Assembly: GCA_964016885.1 (NCBI GenBank)
Contig: CAXHJY010000523.1
Location: 191,424 to 255,423, forward strand
Reading direction: 5' to 3'
DNA: 64,000 nt
DNA from: Eledone cirrhosa
Taxonomy: Eukaryota
Shown here: positions 1 to 17,217 of the stretch, piece after piece
How positions within the stretch are numbered: position 1 is the stretch's first letter
How the letters are laid out: every line of letters starts with the position of its first letter
The notes under the pieces: model-generated
Told to the model about the DNA's origin: nothing
What the model saw: only the letters and a program-made list of their open reading frames with translations
Database searches by the model: none
Translations under genes and position numbers: made by a program

Positions 1-3000
1 CACACAGGCTGAATATCCACAGTGACACTAGTTGACAGTAAGACACTCACACACAGGCTGAATATCCACAGTGACACTAGTTGACAGTAAGACACACACA
101 CACAGGCTGAATATCCACAGTGACACTAGTTGACAGTAAGACACACACACAGGTTGAATATCCACAGTGACACTAGTTGACAGTAAGACACACACACACA
201 GACTGAATATCCACAGTGACACTAGTTGACAGTAAGACACACACACACAGGCTGAATATCCACAGTGACACTAGTTGACAGTAAGACACACACACAGGTT
301 GAATATCCACAGTGACACTAGTTGACAGTAAGACACACACACACAGGCTGAATATCCACAGTGACACTAGTTGACAGTAAGACACACACACACAGGCTGA
401 ATATCCACAGTGACACTAGTTGACAGTAAGACACACACACACAGGTTGAATATCCACAGTGACACTAGCTGACTGTAAGACACACACAGGCTGAATATCC
501 AGTGACACTATTTGACAGTAAGACACACACACACAGGCTTAATATCAACAGTGACACTAGTTGACAGTAAGACACACACACACAGGCTGAATAACCACAT
601 TGACACTAGTTGACTGTATCACACAAACACAGACTGAATATCCACAGTGACACTAGTTGACAATAAGACACACACACACTCAGGCTGAATATCCACACTG
701 ACACTAGTTGATAGTAAGACACACACACACACAGGCTGAATATCCACAGTGACACTAGTTGACAGTAAGACACACGCACACACAGGCTGAATAACCACAG
801 TGACACTAGTTGACAGTAAGACACACACACACACAGGATGAATATCCACAGTGACACTAGTTGACAGTAAGACACACACACACAGGCTGAATATCCACAG
901 TGACACTAGTTGACAGTAAGACACACACACATAGGCTGAATATCAACAGTGACACTAGTTGACAGTAAGACACACACACACACAGGCTGAATAACCACAG
1001 TGACACTAGTTGACAGTAAGACACACACACACACAGGATGAATATCCACAGTAACACTAGTTGACAGTAAGACACACACACACAGGCTGAATATCAACAG
1101 TGACACTAGTTGACAGTAAGACACACACCCACACAGGCTGAATAACCACAGTGACACTAGTTGTGAGTAAGCCACACACACACAGGCTGAATATCCACAG
1201 TGACACTAGTTGACAGTAAGACACACACACACAGGCTGAATATCCAGAATGACAGTAGTTGACAGTAAGACACACACACACACACACACACACACAGGCT
1301 GAATATCCACAGTGACACTAGTTGACAGTAAGACACACAATTACACACACAGGCTGAATATCCACAGTGACACTAGTTGACAGTAAGACACACACACACA
1401 GGCTGAATATCCAGAATGACACTAGTTGACAGTAAGACACACACACACACACACACACGCAGACTGAATATCCACAGTAACACTAGTTGACAGTAAGACA
1501 CACCCAGGCTGAATATCCACAGTGACACTAGTTGACAGTAAGACACACACACACAGGCTGAATATCCACAGTGACACAAGCTGACAGTAAGACACACACA
1601 CACAGGCTGAATATCCACAGTGACACTAGTTGACAGTAAGACACACACACACAGACCGAATATCCACAGTGACACTAGTTGACCGTAAGACACACACACA
1701 CAGGCTGAATATCCACAGTGACACTAGTTGACCGTAAGACACACACACACAGGCTGAATATCCACAGTGACACTAGTTGACAGTAAGACACACACACACA
1801 GGTTGAATATCCACAGTGACACTAGTTGACAGTAAGACACACACACACAGGTTGAATATCCACAGTGACACTAGTTGACCGTAAGACACACACACACAGA
1901 CTGAATATCCACAGTGACACTAGCTGACTGTAAGACACACACAGGCTGAATATCCAGTGACACTAGTTGACAGTAAGACACACACACACAGGCTTAATAT
2001 CAACAGTGACACTAGTTGACAGTAAGACACACACACACAGGCTGAATAACCATATTGACACTAGTTGACTGTATCACACACATACGGGCTGAATATACAC
2101 AGTGACACTAGTTGACAGTAAGACACACACACACTCAGGCTGAATATCCACACTGACACTAGTTGACAGTAAGACACACACATACACAGGCTGAATAACC
2201 ACAGTGACACTAGTTGACAGTAAGACACACACACACACAGGCTGAATATCCACAGTGACACTAGTTGACAGTAAGAAACACACACACACAGGCTGAATAT
2301 CCACAGTGACACTAGTTGACAGTAAGACATACACAGGCTGAATATCCACAGTGACACTAGTTGACAGTAAGACACACACACACACAGGCTGAATATCCAC
2401 AGTGACACTAGTTGACAGTAAGACACACACACACACAGGCTGAATATCCACAGTGACACTAGTTGACAGTAAGACACACACACACACAGGCTGAATATCC
2501 ACAGTGACACTAGTTGACAGTAAGAAACACACACACACACAGGCTGAATATCCACAGTGACACTAGTTGACAGTAAGACACACATACACAGGCTGAATAT
2601 CCACAGTGACACTGGTTGACAGCAAGACATACACAGGCTGAATATCCACAGTGACACTAGTTGACAGTAAGACACACACACACACAGGCTGAATATCCAC
2701 AGTGACACTGGTTGACAGCAAGACACACACAGGCTGAATATCCACAGTGACACTAGTTGACGGTAAGACACACACAGGCTGAATATCCACAGTGACACTA
2801 GTTGACAGTAAGACACACACACACACAGGCTGAATATCCACAGTGACACTAGTTGACAGTAAGACACACACAGGCTGAATATCCACAGTGACACTAGTTG
2901 ACAGTAAGACACACACACACACAGGCTGAATATCCACAGTGACACTAGTTGACAGTAAGACGCACACAGGCTGAATATCCACAGTGACACTAGTTGACAG

Positions 3001-6000
3001 TAAGACACACACACACACACAGGCTGAATATCCACAGTGACACTAGTTGACAGTAAGACACACACACACACACACACACACAGGCTGAATATCCACAGTG
3101 ACACTAGTTGACAGTAAGACACACACACAGCCTGAATATCCACAGTGACACAAGCTGACAGTAAGACACACACACACAGGCTGAATATCCACAGTGACAC
3201 TAGTTGACAGTAAGACACACACACACAGACCGAATATCCACAGTGACACTAGTTGACCGTAAGACACACACACACAGGCTGAATATCCACAGTGACACTA
3301 GTTGACCGTAAGACACACACACACAGGCTGAATATCCACAGTGACACTAGTTGACAGTAAGACACACACACACAGGTTGAATATCCACAGTGACACTAGT
3401 TGACAGTAAGACACACACACACAGGTTGAATATCCACAGTGACACTAGTTGACCGTAAGACACACACACACAGACTGAATATCCACAGTGACACTAGCTG
3501 ACTGTAAGACACACACAGGCTGAATATCCAGTGACACTAGTTGACAGTAAGACACACACACACAGGCTTAATATCAACAGTGACACTAGTTGACAGTAAG
3601 ACACACACACACAGGCTGAATAACCATATTGACACTAGTTGACTGTATCACACACATACGGGCTGAATATACACAGTGACACTAGTTGACAGTAAGACAC
3701 ACACACACTCAGGCTGAATATCCACACTGACACTAGTTGACAGTAAGACACACACATACACAGGCTGAATAACCACAGTGACACTAGTTGACAGTAAGAC
3801 ACACACACACACAGGCTGAATATCCACAGTGACACTAGTTGACAGTAAGAAACACACACACACAGGCTGAATATCCACAGTGACACTAGTTGACAGTAAG
3901 ACATACACAGGCTGAATATCCACAGTGACACTAGTTGACAGTAAGACACACACACACACAGGCTGAATATCCACAGTGACACTAGTTGACAGTAAGACAC
4001 ACACACACACAGGCTGAATATCCACAGTGACACTAGTTGACAGTAAGACACACACACACACAGGCTGAATATCCACAGTGACACTAGTTGACAGTAAGAA
4101 ACACACACACACACAGGCTGAATATCCACAGTGACACTGGTTGACAGCAAGACACACACAGGCTGAATATCCACAGTGACACTGGTTGACAGCAAGACAT
4201 ACACAGGCTGAATATCCACAGTGACACTAGTTGACAGTAAGACACACACACACACAGGCTGAATATCCACAGTGACACTGGTTGACAGCAAGACACACAC
4301 AGGCTGAATATCCACAGTGACACTAGTTGACGGTAAGACACACACAGGCTGAATATCCACAGTGACACTAGTTGACAGTAAGACACACACACACACAGGC
4401 TGAATATCCACAGTGACACTAGTTGACAGTAAGACACACACAGGCTGAATATCCACAGTGACACTAGTTGACAGTAAGACACACACACACACAGGCTGAA
4501 TATCCACAGTGACACTAGTTGACAGTAAGACGCACACAGGCTGAATATCCACAGTGACACTAGTTGACAGTAAGACACACACACACAGGCTGAATATCCA
4601 CAGTGACACTAGTTGACAGTAAGACACACACACACACACACACACACAGGCTGAATATCCACAGTGACACTAGTTGACAGTAAGACACACACACACACAC
4701 ACACACACAGGCTGAATATCCACAGTGACACTAGTTGACAGTAAGACACACACACAGCCTGAATATCCACAGTGACACTAGTTGACAGTAAGACACACAC
4801 ACACACAGGCTGAATATCCACAGTGACACTAGTTGACAGTAAGACACACACAGGCTGAATATCCACAGTGACACTAGTTGACAGTAAGACACACACACAC
4901 ACACAGGCTGAATATCCACAGTGACACTAGTTGACAGTAAGACACACACAGGCTGAATATCCACAGTGACACTAGTTGACAGTAAGACACACAATTACAC
5001 ACACAGGCTGAATATCCACAGTAACACTAGTTGACAGTAAGACACACACAGGCTGAATATCCACAGTGACACTAGTTGACAGTAAGACACACACACACAG
5101 GCTGAATATCCACAGGGACACAAGCTGACAGTAAGACACACACACACAGGCTGAATATCCACAGTGACACTAGTTGACAGTAAGACACACACACACACAG
5201 ACTGAATATCCACAGTGACACTAGTTGACAGTAAGACACACACACACAGGCTGAATATCCACAGTGACACTAGTTGACAGTAAGACACACACACACAGGT
5301 TGAATATCCACAGTGACACTAGTTGACAGTAAGACACACACACACAGGCTGAATATCCACAGTGACACTAGTTGACAGTAAGACACACACACACAGGCTG
5401 AATATCCACAGTGACACTAGTTGACAGTAAGACACACACACACAGGTTGAATATCCACAGTGACACTAGCTGACTATAAGACACACACAGGCTGAATATC
5501 CAGTGACACTATTTGACAGTAAGACACACACACACAGGCTTAATATCAACAGTGACACTAGTTGACAGTAAGACACACACACACAGGCTGAATAACCACA
5601 TTGACACTAGTTGACTGTATCACACAAACACAGACTGAATATCCACAGTGACACTAGTTGACAGTAAGACACACACACACTCAGGCTGAATATCCACACT
5701 GACACTAGTTGACAGTAAGACACACACACACACAGGCTGAATATCCACAGTGACACTAGTTGACAGTAAGACACACACACACACAGGCTGAATATCCACA
5801 GTGACACTAGTTGACAGTAAGAAACACACACACACACAGGCTGAATATCCACAGTGACACTAGTTGACAGTAAGACACACATACACAGGCTGAATATCCA
5901 CAGTGACACTGGTTGACAGCAAGACATACACAGGCTGAATATCCACAGTGACACTAGTTGACAGTAAGACACACACACACACAGGCTGAATATCCACAGT

Positions 6001-9000
6001 GACACTGGTTGACAGCAAGACACACACAGGCTGAATATCCACAGTGACACTAGTTGACGGTAAGACACACACAGGCTGAATATCCACAGTGACACTAGTT
6101 GACAGTAAGACACACACACACACAGGCTGAATATCCACAGTGACACTAGTTGACAGTAAGACACACACAGGCTGAATATCCACAGTGACACTAGTTGACA
6201 GTAAGACACACACACACACAGGCTGAATATCCACAGTGACACTAGTTGACAGTAAGACGCACACAGGCTGAATATCCACAGTGACACTAGTTGACAGTAA
6301 GACACACACACACACACAGGCTGAATATCCACAGTGACACTAGTTGACAGTAAGACACACACACACACACACACACACAGGCTGAATATCCACAGTGACA
6401 CTAGTTGACAGTAAGACACACACACAGCCTGAATATCCACAGTGACACAAGCTGACAGTAAGACACACACACACAGGCTGAATATCCACAGTGACACTAG
6501 TTGACAGTAAGACACACACACACAGACCGAATATCCACAGTGACACTAGTTGACCGTAAGACACACACACACAGGCTGAATATCCACAGTGACACTAGTT
6601 GACCGTAAGACACACACACACAGGCTGAATATCCACAGTGACACTAGTTGACAGTAAGACACACACACACAGGTTGAATATCCACAGTGACACTAGTTGA
6701 CAGTAAGACACACACACACAGGTTGAATATCCACAGTGACACTAGTTGACCGTAAGACACACACACACAGACTGAATATCCACAGTGACACTAGCTGACT
6801 GTAAGACACACACAGGCTGAATATCCAGTGACACTAGTTGACAGTAAGACACACACACACAGGCTTAATATCAACAGTGACACTAGTTGACAGTAAGACA
6901 CACACACACAGGCTGAATAACCATATTGACACTAGTTGACTGTATCACACACATACGGGCTGAATATACACAGTGACACTAGTTGACAGTAAGACACACA
7001 CACACTCAGGCTGAATATCCACACTGACACTAGTTGACAGTAAGACACACACATACACAGGCTGAATAACCACAGTGACACTAGTTGACAGTAAGACACA
7101 CACACACACAGGCTGAATATCCACAGTGACACTAGTTGACAGTAAGAAACACACACACACAGGCTGAATATCCACAGTGACACTAGTTGACAGTAAGACA
7201 TACACAGGCTGAATATCCACAGTGACACTAGTTGACAGTAAGACACACACACACACAGGCTGAATATCCACAGTGACACTAGTTGACAGTAAGACACACA
7301 CACACACAGGCTGAATATCCACAGTGACACTAGTTGACAGTAAGACACACACACACACAGGCTGAATATCCACAGTGACACTAGTTGACAGTAAGAAACA
7401 CACACACACACAGGCTGAATATCCACAGTGACACTGGTTGACAGCAAGACACACACAGGCTGAATATCCACAGTGACACTGGTTGACAGCAAGACATACA
7501 CAGGCTGAATATCCACAGTGACACTAGTTGACAGTAAGACACACACACACACAGGCTGAATATCCACAGTGACACTGGTTGACAGCAAGACACACACAGG
7601 CTGAATATCCACAGTGACACTAGTTGACGGTAAGACACACACAGGCTGAATATCCACAGTGACACTAGTTGACAGTAAGACACACACACACACAGGCTGA
7701 ATATCCACAGTGACACTAGTTGACAGTAAGACACACACAGGCTGAATATCCACAGTGACACTAGTTGACAGTAAGACACACACACACACAGGCTGAATAT
7801 CCACAGTGACACTAGTTGACAGTAAGACGCACACAGGCTGAATATCCACAGTGACACTAGTTGACAGTAAGACACACACACACAGGCTGAATATCCACAG
7901 TGACACTAGTTGACAGTAAGACACACACACACACACACACACACAGGCTGAATATCCACAGTGACACTAGTTGACAGTAAGACACACACACACACACACA
8001 CACACACAGGCTGAATATCCACAGTGACACTAGTTGACAGTAAGACACACACACAGCCTGAATATCCACAGTGACACTAGTTGACAGTAAGACACACACA
8101 CACACAGGCTGAATATCCACAGTGACACTAGTTGACAGTAAGACACACACAGGCTGAATATCCACAGTGACACTAGTTGACAGTAAGACACACACACACA
8201 CACAGGCTGAATATCCACAGTGACACTAGTTGACAGTAAGACACACACAGGCTGAATATCCACAGTGACACTAGTTGACAGTAAGACACACAATTACACA
8301 CACAGGCTGAATATCCACAGTAACACTAGTTGACAGTAAGACACACACAGGCTGAATATCCACAGTGACACTAGTTGACAGTAAGACACACACACACAGG
8401 CTGAATATCCACAGGGACACAAGCTGACAGTAAGACACACACACACAGGCTGAATATCCACAGTGACACTAGTTGACAGTAAGACACACACACACACAGA
8501 CTGAATATCCACAGTGACACTAGTTGACAGTAAGACACACACACACAGGCTGAATATCCACAGTGACACTAGTTGACAGTAAGACACACACACACAGGTT
8601 GAATATCCACAGTGACACTAGTTGACAGTAAGACACACACACACAGGCTGAATATCCACAGTGACACTAGTTGACAGTAAGACACACACACACAGGCTGA
8701 ATATCCACAGTGACACTAGTTGACAGTAAGACACACACACACAGGTTGAATATCCACAGTGACACTAGCTGACTATAAGACACACACAGGCTGAATATCC
8801 AGTGACACTATTTGACAGTAAGACACACACACACAGGCTTAATATCAACAGTGACACTAGTTGACAGTAAGACACACACACACAGGCTGAATAACCACAT
8901 TGACACTAGTTGACTGTATCACACAAACACAGACTGAATATCCACAGTGACACTAGTTGACAGTAAGACACACACACACTCAGGCTGAATATCCACACTG

Positions 9001-12000
9001 ACACTAGTTGACAGTAAGACACACACACACACAGGCTGAATATCCACAGTGACACTAGTTGACAGTAAGACACACACACACACAGGCTGAATATCCACAG
9101 TGACACTAGTTGACAGTAAGAAACACACACACACACAGGCTGAATATCCACAGTGACACTAGTTGACAGTAAGACACACATACACAGGCTGAATATCCAC
9201 AGTGACACTGGTTGACAGCAAGACATACACAGGCTGAATATCCACAGTGACACTAGTTGACAGTAAGACACACACACACACAGGCTGAATATCCACAGTG
9301 ACACTGGTTGACAGCAAGACACACACAGGCTGAATATCCACAGTGACACTAGTTGACGGTAAGACACACACAGGCTGAATATCCACAGTGACACTAGTTG
9401 ACAGTAAGACACACACACACACAGGCTGAATATCCACAGTGACACTAGTTGACAGTAAGACACACACAGGCTGAATATCCACAGTGACACTAGTTGACAG
9501 TAAGACACACACACACACAGGCTGAATATCCACAGTGACACTAGTTGACAGTAAGACGCACACAGGCTGAATATCCACAGTGACACTAGTTGACAGTAAG
9601 ACACACACACACACACAGGCTGAATATCCACAGTGACACTAGTTGACAGTAAGACACACACACACACACACACACACAGGCTGAATATCCACAGTGACAC
9701 TAGTTGACAGTAAGACACACACACAGCCTGAATATCCACAGTGACACAAGCTGACAGTAAGACACACACACACAGGCTGAATATCCACAGTGACACTAGT
9801 TGACAGTAAGACACACACACACAGACCGAATATCCACAGTGACACTAGTTGACCGTAAGACACACACACACAGGCTGAATATCCACAGTGACACTAGTTG
9901 ACCGTAAGACACACACACACAGGCTGAATATCCACAGTGACACTAGTTGACAGTAAGACACACACACACAGGTTGAATATCCACAGTGACACTAGTTGAC
10001 AGTAAGACACACACACACAGGTTGAATATCCACAGTGACACTAGTTGACCGTAAGACACACACACACAGACTGAATATCCACAGTGACACTAGCTGACTG
10101 TAAGACACACACAGGCTGAATATCCAGTGACACTAGTTGACAGTAAGACACACACACACAGGCTTAATATCAACAGTGACACTAGTTGACAGTAAGACAC
10201 ACACACACAGGCTGAATAACCATATTGACACTAGTTGACTGTATCACACACATACGGGCTGAATATACACAGTGACACTAGTTGACAGTAAGACACACAC
10301 ACACTCAGGCTGAATATCCACACTGACACTAGTTGACAGTAAGACACACACATACACAGGCTGAATAACCACAGTGACACTAGTTGACAGTAAGACACAC
10401 ACACACACAGGCTGAATATCCACAGTGACACTAGTTGACAGTAAGAAACACACACACACAGGCTGAATATCCACAGTGACACTAGTTGACAGTAAGACAT
10501 ACACAGGCTGAATATCCACAGTGACACTAGTTGACAGTAAGACACACACACACACAGGCTGAATATCCACAGTGACACTAGTTGACAGTAAGACACACAC
10601 ACACACAGGCTGAATATCCACAGTGACACTAGTTGACAGTAAGACACACACACACACAGGCTGAATATCCACAGTGACACTAGTTGACAGTAAGAAACAC
10701 ACACACACACAGGCTGAATATCCACAGTGACACTGGTTGACAGCAAGACACACACAGGCTGAATATCCACAGTGACACTGGTTGACAGCAAGACATACAC
10801 AGGCTGAATATCCACAGTGACACTAGTTGACAGTAAGACACACACACACACAGGCTGAATATCCACAGTGACACTGGTTGACAGCAAGACACACACAGGC
10901 TGAATATCCACAGTGACACTAGTTGACGGTAAGACACACACAGGCTGAATATCCACAGTGACACTAGTTGACAGTAAGACACACACACACACAGGCTGAA
11001 TATCCACAGTGACACTAGTTGACAGTAAGACACACACAGGCTGAATATCCACAGTGACACTAGTTGACAGTAAGACACACACACACACAGGCTGAATATC
11101 CACAGTGACACTAGTTGACAGTAAGACGCACACAGGCTGAATATCCACAGTGACACTAGTTGACAGTAAGACACACACACACAGGCTGAATATCCACAGT
11201 GACACTAGTTGACAGTAAGACACACACACACACACACACACACAGGCTGAATATCCACAGTGACACTAGTTGACAGTAAGACACACACACACACACACAC
11301 ACACACAGGCTGAATATCCACAGTGACACTAGTTGACAGTAAGACACACACACAGCCTGAATATCCACAGTGACACTAGTTGACAGTAAGACACACACAC
11401 ACACAGGCTGAATATCCACAGTGACACTAGTTGACAGTAAGACACACACAGGCTGAATATCCACAGTGACACTAGTTGACAGTAAGACACACACACACAC
11501 ACAGGCTGAATATCCACAGTGACACTAGTTGACAGTAAGACACACACAGGCTGAATATCCACAGTGACACTAGTTGACAGTAAGACACACAATTACACAC
11601 ACAGGCTGAATATCCACAGTAACACTAGTTGACAGTAAGACACACACAGGCTGAATATCCACAGTGACACTAGTTGACAGTAAGACACACACACACAGGC
11701 TGAATATCCACAGGGACACAAGCTGACAGTAAGACACACACACACAGGCTGAATATCCACAGTGACACTAGTTGACAGTAAGACACACACACACACAGAC
11801 TGAATATCCACAGTGACACTAGTTGACAGTAAGACACACACACACAGGCTGAATATCCACAGTGACACTAGTTGACAGTAAGACACACACACACAGGTTG
11901 AATATCCACAGTGACACTAGTTGACAGTAAGACACACACACACAGGCTGAATATCCACAGTGACACTAGTTGACAGTAAGACACACACACACAGGCTGAA

Positions 12001-15000
12001 TATCCACAGTGACACTAGTTGACAGTAAGACACACACACACAGGTTGAATATCCACAGTGACACTAGCTGACTATAAGACACACACAGGCTGAATATCCA
12101 GTGACACTATTTGACAGTAAGACACACACACACAGGCTTAATATCAACAGTGACACTAGTTGACAGTAAGACACACACACACAGGCTGAATAACCACATT
12201 GACACTAGTTGACTGTATCACACAAACACAGACTGAATATCCACAGTGACACTAGTTGACAGTAAGACACACACACACTCAGGCTGAATATCCACACTGA
12301 CACTAGTTGATAGTAAGACACACACACACACAGGATGAATATCCACAGTGACACTAGTTGACAGTAAGACACACGCACACACAGGCTGAATAACCACAGT
12401 GACACTAGTTGACAGTAAGACACACACACACACAGGATGAATATCCACAGTGACACTAGTTGACAGTAAGACACACACACACAGGCTGAATATCCACAGT
12501 GACACTAGTTGACAGTAAGACACACACACACAGGCTGAATATCAACAGTGACACTAGTTGACAGTAAGACACACACACACACAGGCTGAATAACCACAGT
12601 GACACTAGTTGACAGTAAGACACACACAGGCTGAATATCCACAGTGACACTAGTTGACAGTAAGAAACACACACACACAGGCTGAATATCCACAGTGACA
12701 CTAATTGACAGTAAGACACACGCACATAGGCTGAATAACCACAGTGACACTAGTTGTGAGTAAGACACACACACACAGGCTGAATATCCACAGTGACACT
12801 AGTTGACAGTAAGACACACACACACAGGCTGAATATCCAGAATGACACTAGTTGACAGTAAGACACACACACACACACACACACACAGGCTGAATATCCA
12901 CAGTGACACTAGTTGACAGTAAGACACACAATTACACACACAGGCTGAATATCCACAGTGACACTAGTTGACAGTAAGACACACACACACAGGCTGAATA
13001 TCCAGAATGACACTAGTTGACAGTAAGACACACACACACACACACACACACACGCAGACTGAATATCCACAGTAACACTAGTTGACAGTAAGACACACCC
13101 AGGCTGAATATCCACAGTGACACTAGTTGACAGTAAGACACACACACACAGGCTGAATATCCACAGTGACACAAGCTGACAGTAAGACACACACACACAG
13201 GCTGAATATCCACAGTGACACTAGTTGACAGTAAGACACACACACACAGACTGAATATCCACAGTGACACTAGTTGACCGTAAGGCACACACACACAGGC
13301 TGAATATCCACAGTGACACTAGTTGACCGTAAGACACACACACACAGGCTGAATATCCACAGTGACACTAGTTGACACTAAGACACACACACACAGGTTG
13401 AATATCCACAGTGACACTAGTTGACAGTAAGACACACACACACAGACTGAATATCCACAGTGACACTAGCTGACTGTAAGACACACACAGGCTGAATATC
13501 CAGTGACACTAGTTGACAGTAAGACACACACACACAGGCTTAATATCAACAGTGACACTAGTTGACAGTAAGACACACACACACAGGCTGAATAACCACA
13601 TTGACACTAGTTGACTGTATCACACACATACGGGCTGAATATACACAGTGACACTAGTTGACAGTAAGACACACACACACTCAGGCTGAATATCCACACT
13701 GACACTAGTTGACAGTAAGACACACACATACACAGGCTGAATAACCACAGTGACACTAGTTGACAGTAAGACACACACACACACAGGCTGAATATCCACA
13801 GTGACACTAGTTGACAGTAAGAAACACACACACACAGGCTGAATATCCACAGTGACACTAGTTGACAGTAAGACACACACACACACAGGCTGAATATCCA
13901 CAGTGACACTAGTTGACAGTAAGAAACAGACACACACAGGCTGAATATCCACAGTGACACTGGTTGACAGCAAGACATACACAGGCTGAATATCCACAGT
14001 GACACTAGTTGACAGTAAGACACACACACAGGCTGAATATCCACAGTGACACTGGTTGACAGCAAGACACACACAGGCTGAATATCCACAGTGACACTAG
14101 TTGACGGTAAGACACACACACAGACTGAATATCCACAGTGACACTAGTTGACAGTAAGACACACACAGGCTGAATATCCACAGTGACACTAGTTGACAGT
14201 AAGACACACACAGGCTGAATATCCACAGTGACACTAGTTGACAGTAAGACACACACACACACACAGGCTGAATATCCACAGTGACACTAGTTGACAGTAA
14301 GACACACACAGGCTGAATATCCACAGTGACACTAGTTGACAGTAAGACACACACACACACAGGCTGAATATCCACAGTGACACTAGTTGACAGTAAGACA
14401 CACACACAGCCTGAATATCCACAGTGACACTAGTTGACAGTAAGACACACACACACACAGGCTGAATATCCACAGTGACACTAGTTGACAGTAAGACACA
14501 CACAGGCTGAATATCCACAGTGACACTAGTTGACAGTAAGACACACACACACACAGGCTGAATATCCACAGTGACACTAGTTGACAGTAAGACACACACA
14601 CAGCCTGAATATCCACAGTGACACTAGTTGACAGTAAGACACACACACACACAGGCTGAATATCCACAGTGACACTAGTTGACAGTAAGACACACACACA
14701 CACAGGCTGAATATCCACAGTGACATTAGTTGACAGTAAGAAACTCACACACACAGGCTGAATATACACAGTGACACAAGTTGACAGTAAGACACACACA
14801 GGTTGAATATCCACAGTGACACTAGTTGACAGTAAGACACACACACACACAGGCTGAATATCCACAGTGACACTAGTTGACAGTAAGACACACACAGGCT
14901 GAATATCCACAGTGACACAAGTTGACAGTAAGACACTCACACACACAGGCTGAATATTCACAGTGACACAAGTTGACAGTAAGACACACACACACACAGG

Positions 15001-15632
15001 CTGAATATCCACAGTGACACTAGTTGATAGTAAGACACACACACACACAGGCTGAATATCCACAGTGACACTAGTTGACAGTAAGACACTCACACACACA
15101 GGCTCAATATCCACAGTGACACAAGTTGACAGTAAGACACACACAGGCTGAATATCCAGTGACACTAGTTGACAGTAAGACACACACACACACAGGCTGA
15201 ATATCCACAGTGACACTAGTTGACAGTAAGACACTCACACACACAGGCTGAATAGCCACAGTGACACAAGTTGACAGTAAGACACACACAGGTTGAATAT
15301 CTACAGTGACACTAATTGACAGTAAGACACACACACAGACTGAATATCCAGTGACACTAGCTGACAGTAAGACACACACACACAGACTGAGTATTCACAG
15401 TGACACTAGTTGACAGTATGACACACAGAGTCTGAATATCCACAGTGACACTAGTTGACAGTAAGACACACACACACAGGCTGAATATCAACAGTGACAC
15501 TAGTTGACAGTAAGACACACACACACAGGCTGAATATCCACAGTGATACTAGTTGACAGTGAGAGAGAGAGAGAGAGAGAGAGGGTGAATATCCACAGTG
15601 ACACTAGTTGACTGTATCACACACACACAGGC
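1..15632. repeat. Tandem minisatellite: 37-bp core GGCTGAATATCCACAGTGACACTAGTTGACAGTAAGA + variable (CA)n, unit ~45-63 bp; runs off the left edge
   Basis: Read directly; roughly 300 units. Diagnostic variants recur with ~3297-3299 bp period (336-aa repeat ORFs at 3635, 6932, 10231). Confidence 0.98.
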
Positions 15633-16351
15633 CAAATATGTAACCATGTATTTCAATGACTGTGGTTGAGATTATGTATTGAACAGTTGTTTCTGTAGAA
15701 AAAATTGCTCCTATGGGATTGGTTAATCAGGAATTATTGCAGCAGATTTCACAATATTAATTAGTTTGCTCCTTTATTAAGGTTTTAGTAAGATCATCTG
15801 ATCCCACAGGAATAGCAAATTAGGCATAGGCAATCTGAAGTACATGGTCAATCTGCAGCTCTTCAAGACAGTGTCTATGGTATGCAAAGTGTCATGATCT
15901 TATTAACAACTTTTTCATACTAAATTCAAAACCAGTTTCTTTTTCTATTTTATTGTTATATAAACCAAATATGAATTTTTTTTTCTTTTAAATATTTTTA
16001 GGATTACTTATTGTAATATAAGATGTAGTTTGTGCTACATATAATTTCTGTGACAATATTCTTTTCGTAATGTGACCTGATTTATGACGAGCAATATCTC
16101 CTGAGGCCTGCTAAGAGAAAGGTACATTCAACCTGTTAGAAATAGTAGCCAGATCTCCGTGGAATCCCACCTTATCTTCTTACAAAGAGAGTGTGACGCT
16201 AAATGAATCATGGTTAGGAAAAAAATAAGATGGTGTTGGTTGAAATGCCTTTGATGGTGAGTTTTCTGAATCAGAGATTACTTAGATACTTAGATCTAAA
16301 CATCAACTTGAAGCTAAAAATATTGTTAGACATTGATTTGGGACAGAATGA

Positions 16352-16355
<4 letters not shown>

Positions 16356-16447
<92 letters not shown>
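16356..16447. repeat. (TG)n/(TA)n compound microsatellite
   Basis: Read directly. Confidence 0.95.
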
Positions 16448-17217
16448 GAAGATAACCTGTGGATGTCCTTAAACCCATGGTCAAGACTTTGATAGAAGGC
16501 ACTGATGCTGTAGCTGCTGCTGAAGTTAGGACACTAGTAATGAAGCAGAATATGTGATGTGTCCATCACCATGTCCAACACAAGTACAATTTGTAGTTGA
16601 TAGATGATGATGACAATGATGATGATGACGATGATGATGATAATATAAGATACAGAAATGGACAATGTTAAAGTTGCAAATTGGTAGAATTATTGAAGCA
16701 TTGGGTTAAATGTTTTATGGTGTTTATTCCAGATCTCTGCCCTCTGAGTTCAAATCCCATTGATGTCAACTTTGTTTGTCATCCTTTCTATGAATAAAGT
16801 TGATAAGGGGTAGTGGATTGTTGGAATTGTTACAACATTGAATGTAATGTTATGTGGTAACTCTTTCAGCCCTTTGCATCCTGAATACACATATGATGTC
16901 ACTGATGTCAAGCTGGATTGACCTTTGCTTTCTCTTGGACAACATCAGTGGCATATAGACTGGGAGACATGCATGCATGGATGTGTGCTGGATTTCCATT
17001 ATAACAAACACTGAAAAACCTTGTCCAGACCTGTGTTCTGAAGAGTAGCTTTTCTGGTGCAGATCCATGGTCTCACAAGATATACTTACTTAGGTTAGGC
17101 TCCCAGCCAGGCCAAAATAACTTTTGTCATGTTGACCTTTCAATACTAATACTAACAGAGGCTGAATACTCCTCCCATGGATTGCAGTTTCTCCCTAACA
17201 GAGACAGATTCCCATTG

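Noticed and set aside
28-15379. Dozens of minus-strand Cys/Val-rich ORFs
   Set aside because: They are translations of the satellite; frames switch with (CA)n length and most start at GTG.
1-15632. CRISPR-like array (37-bp constant repeat with variable spacers)
   Set aside because: Spacers are only (CA)n of 8-26 bp rather than unique sequence, there are no cas genes, and the context is eukaryotic.
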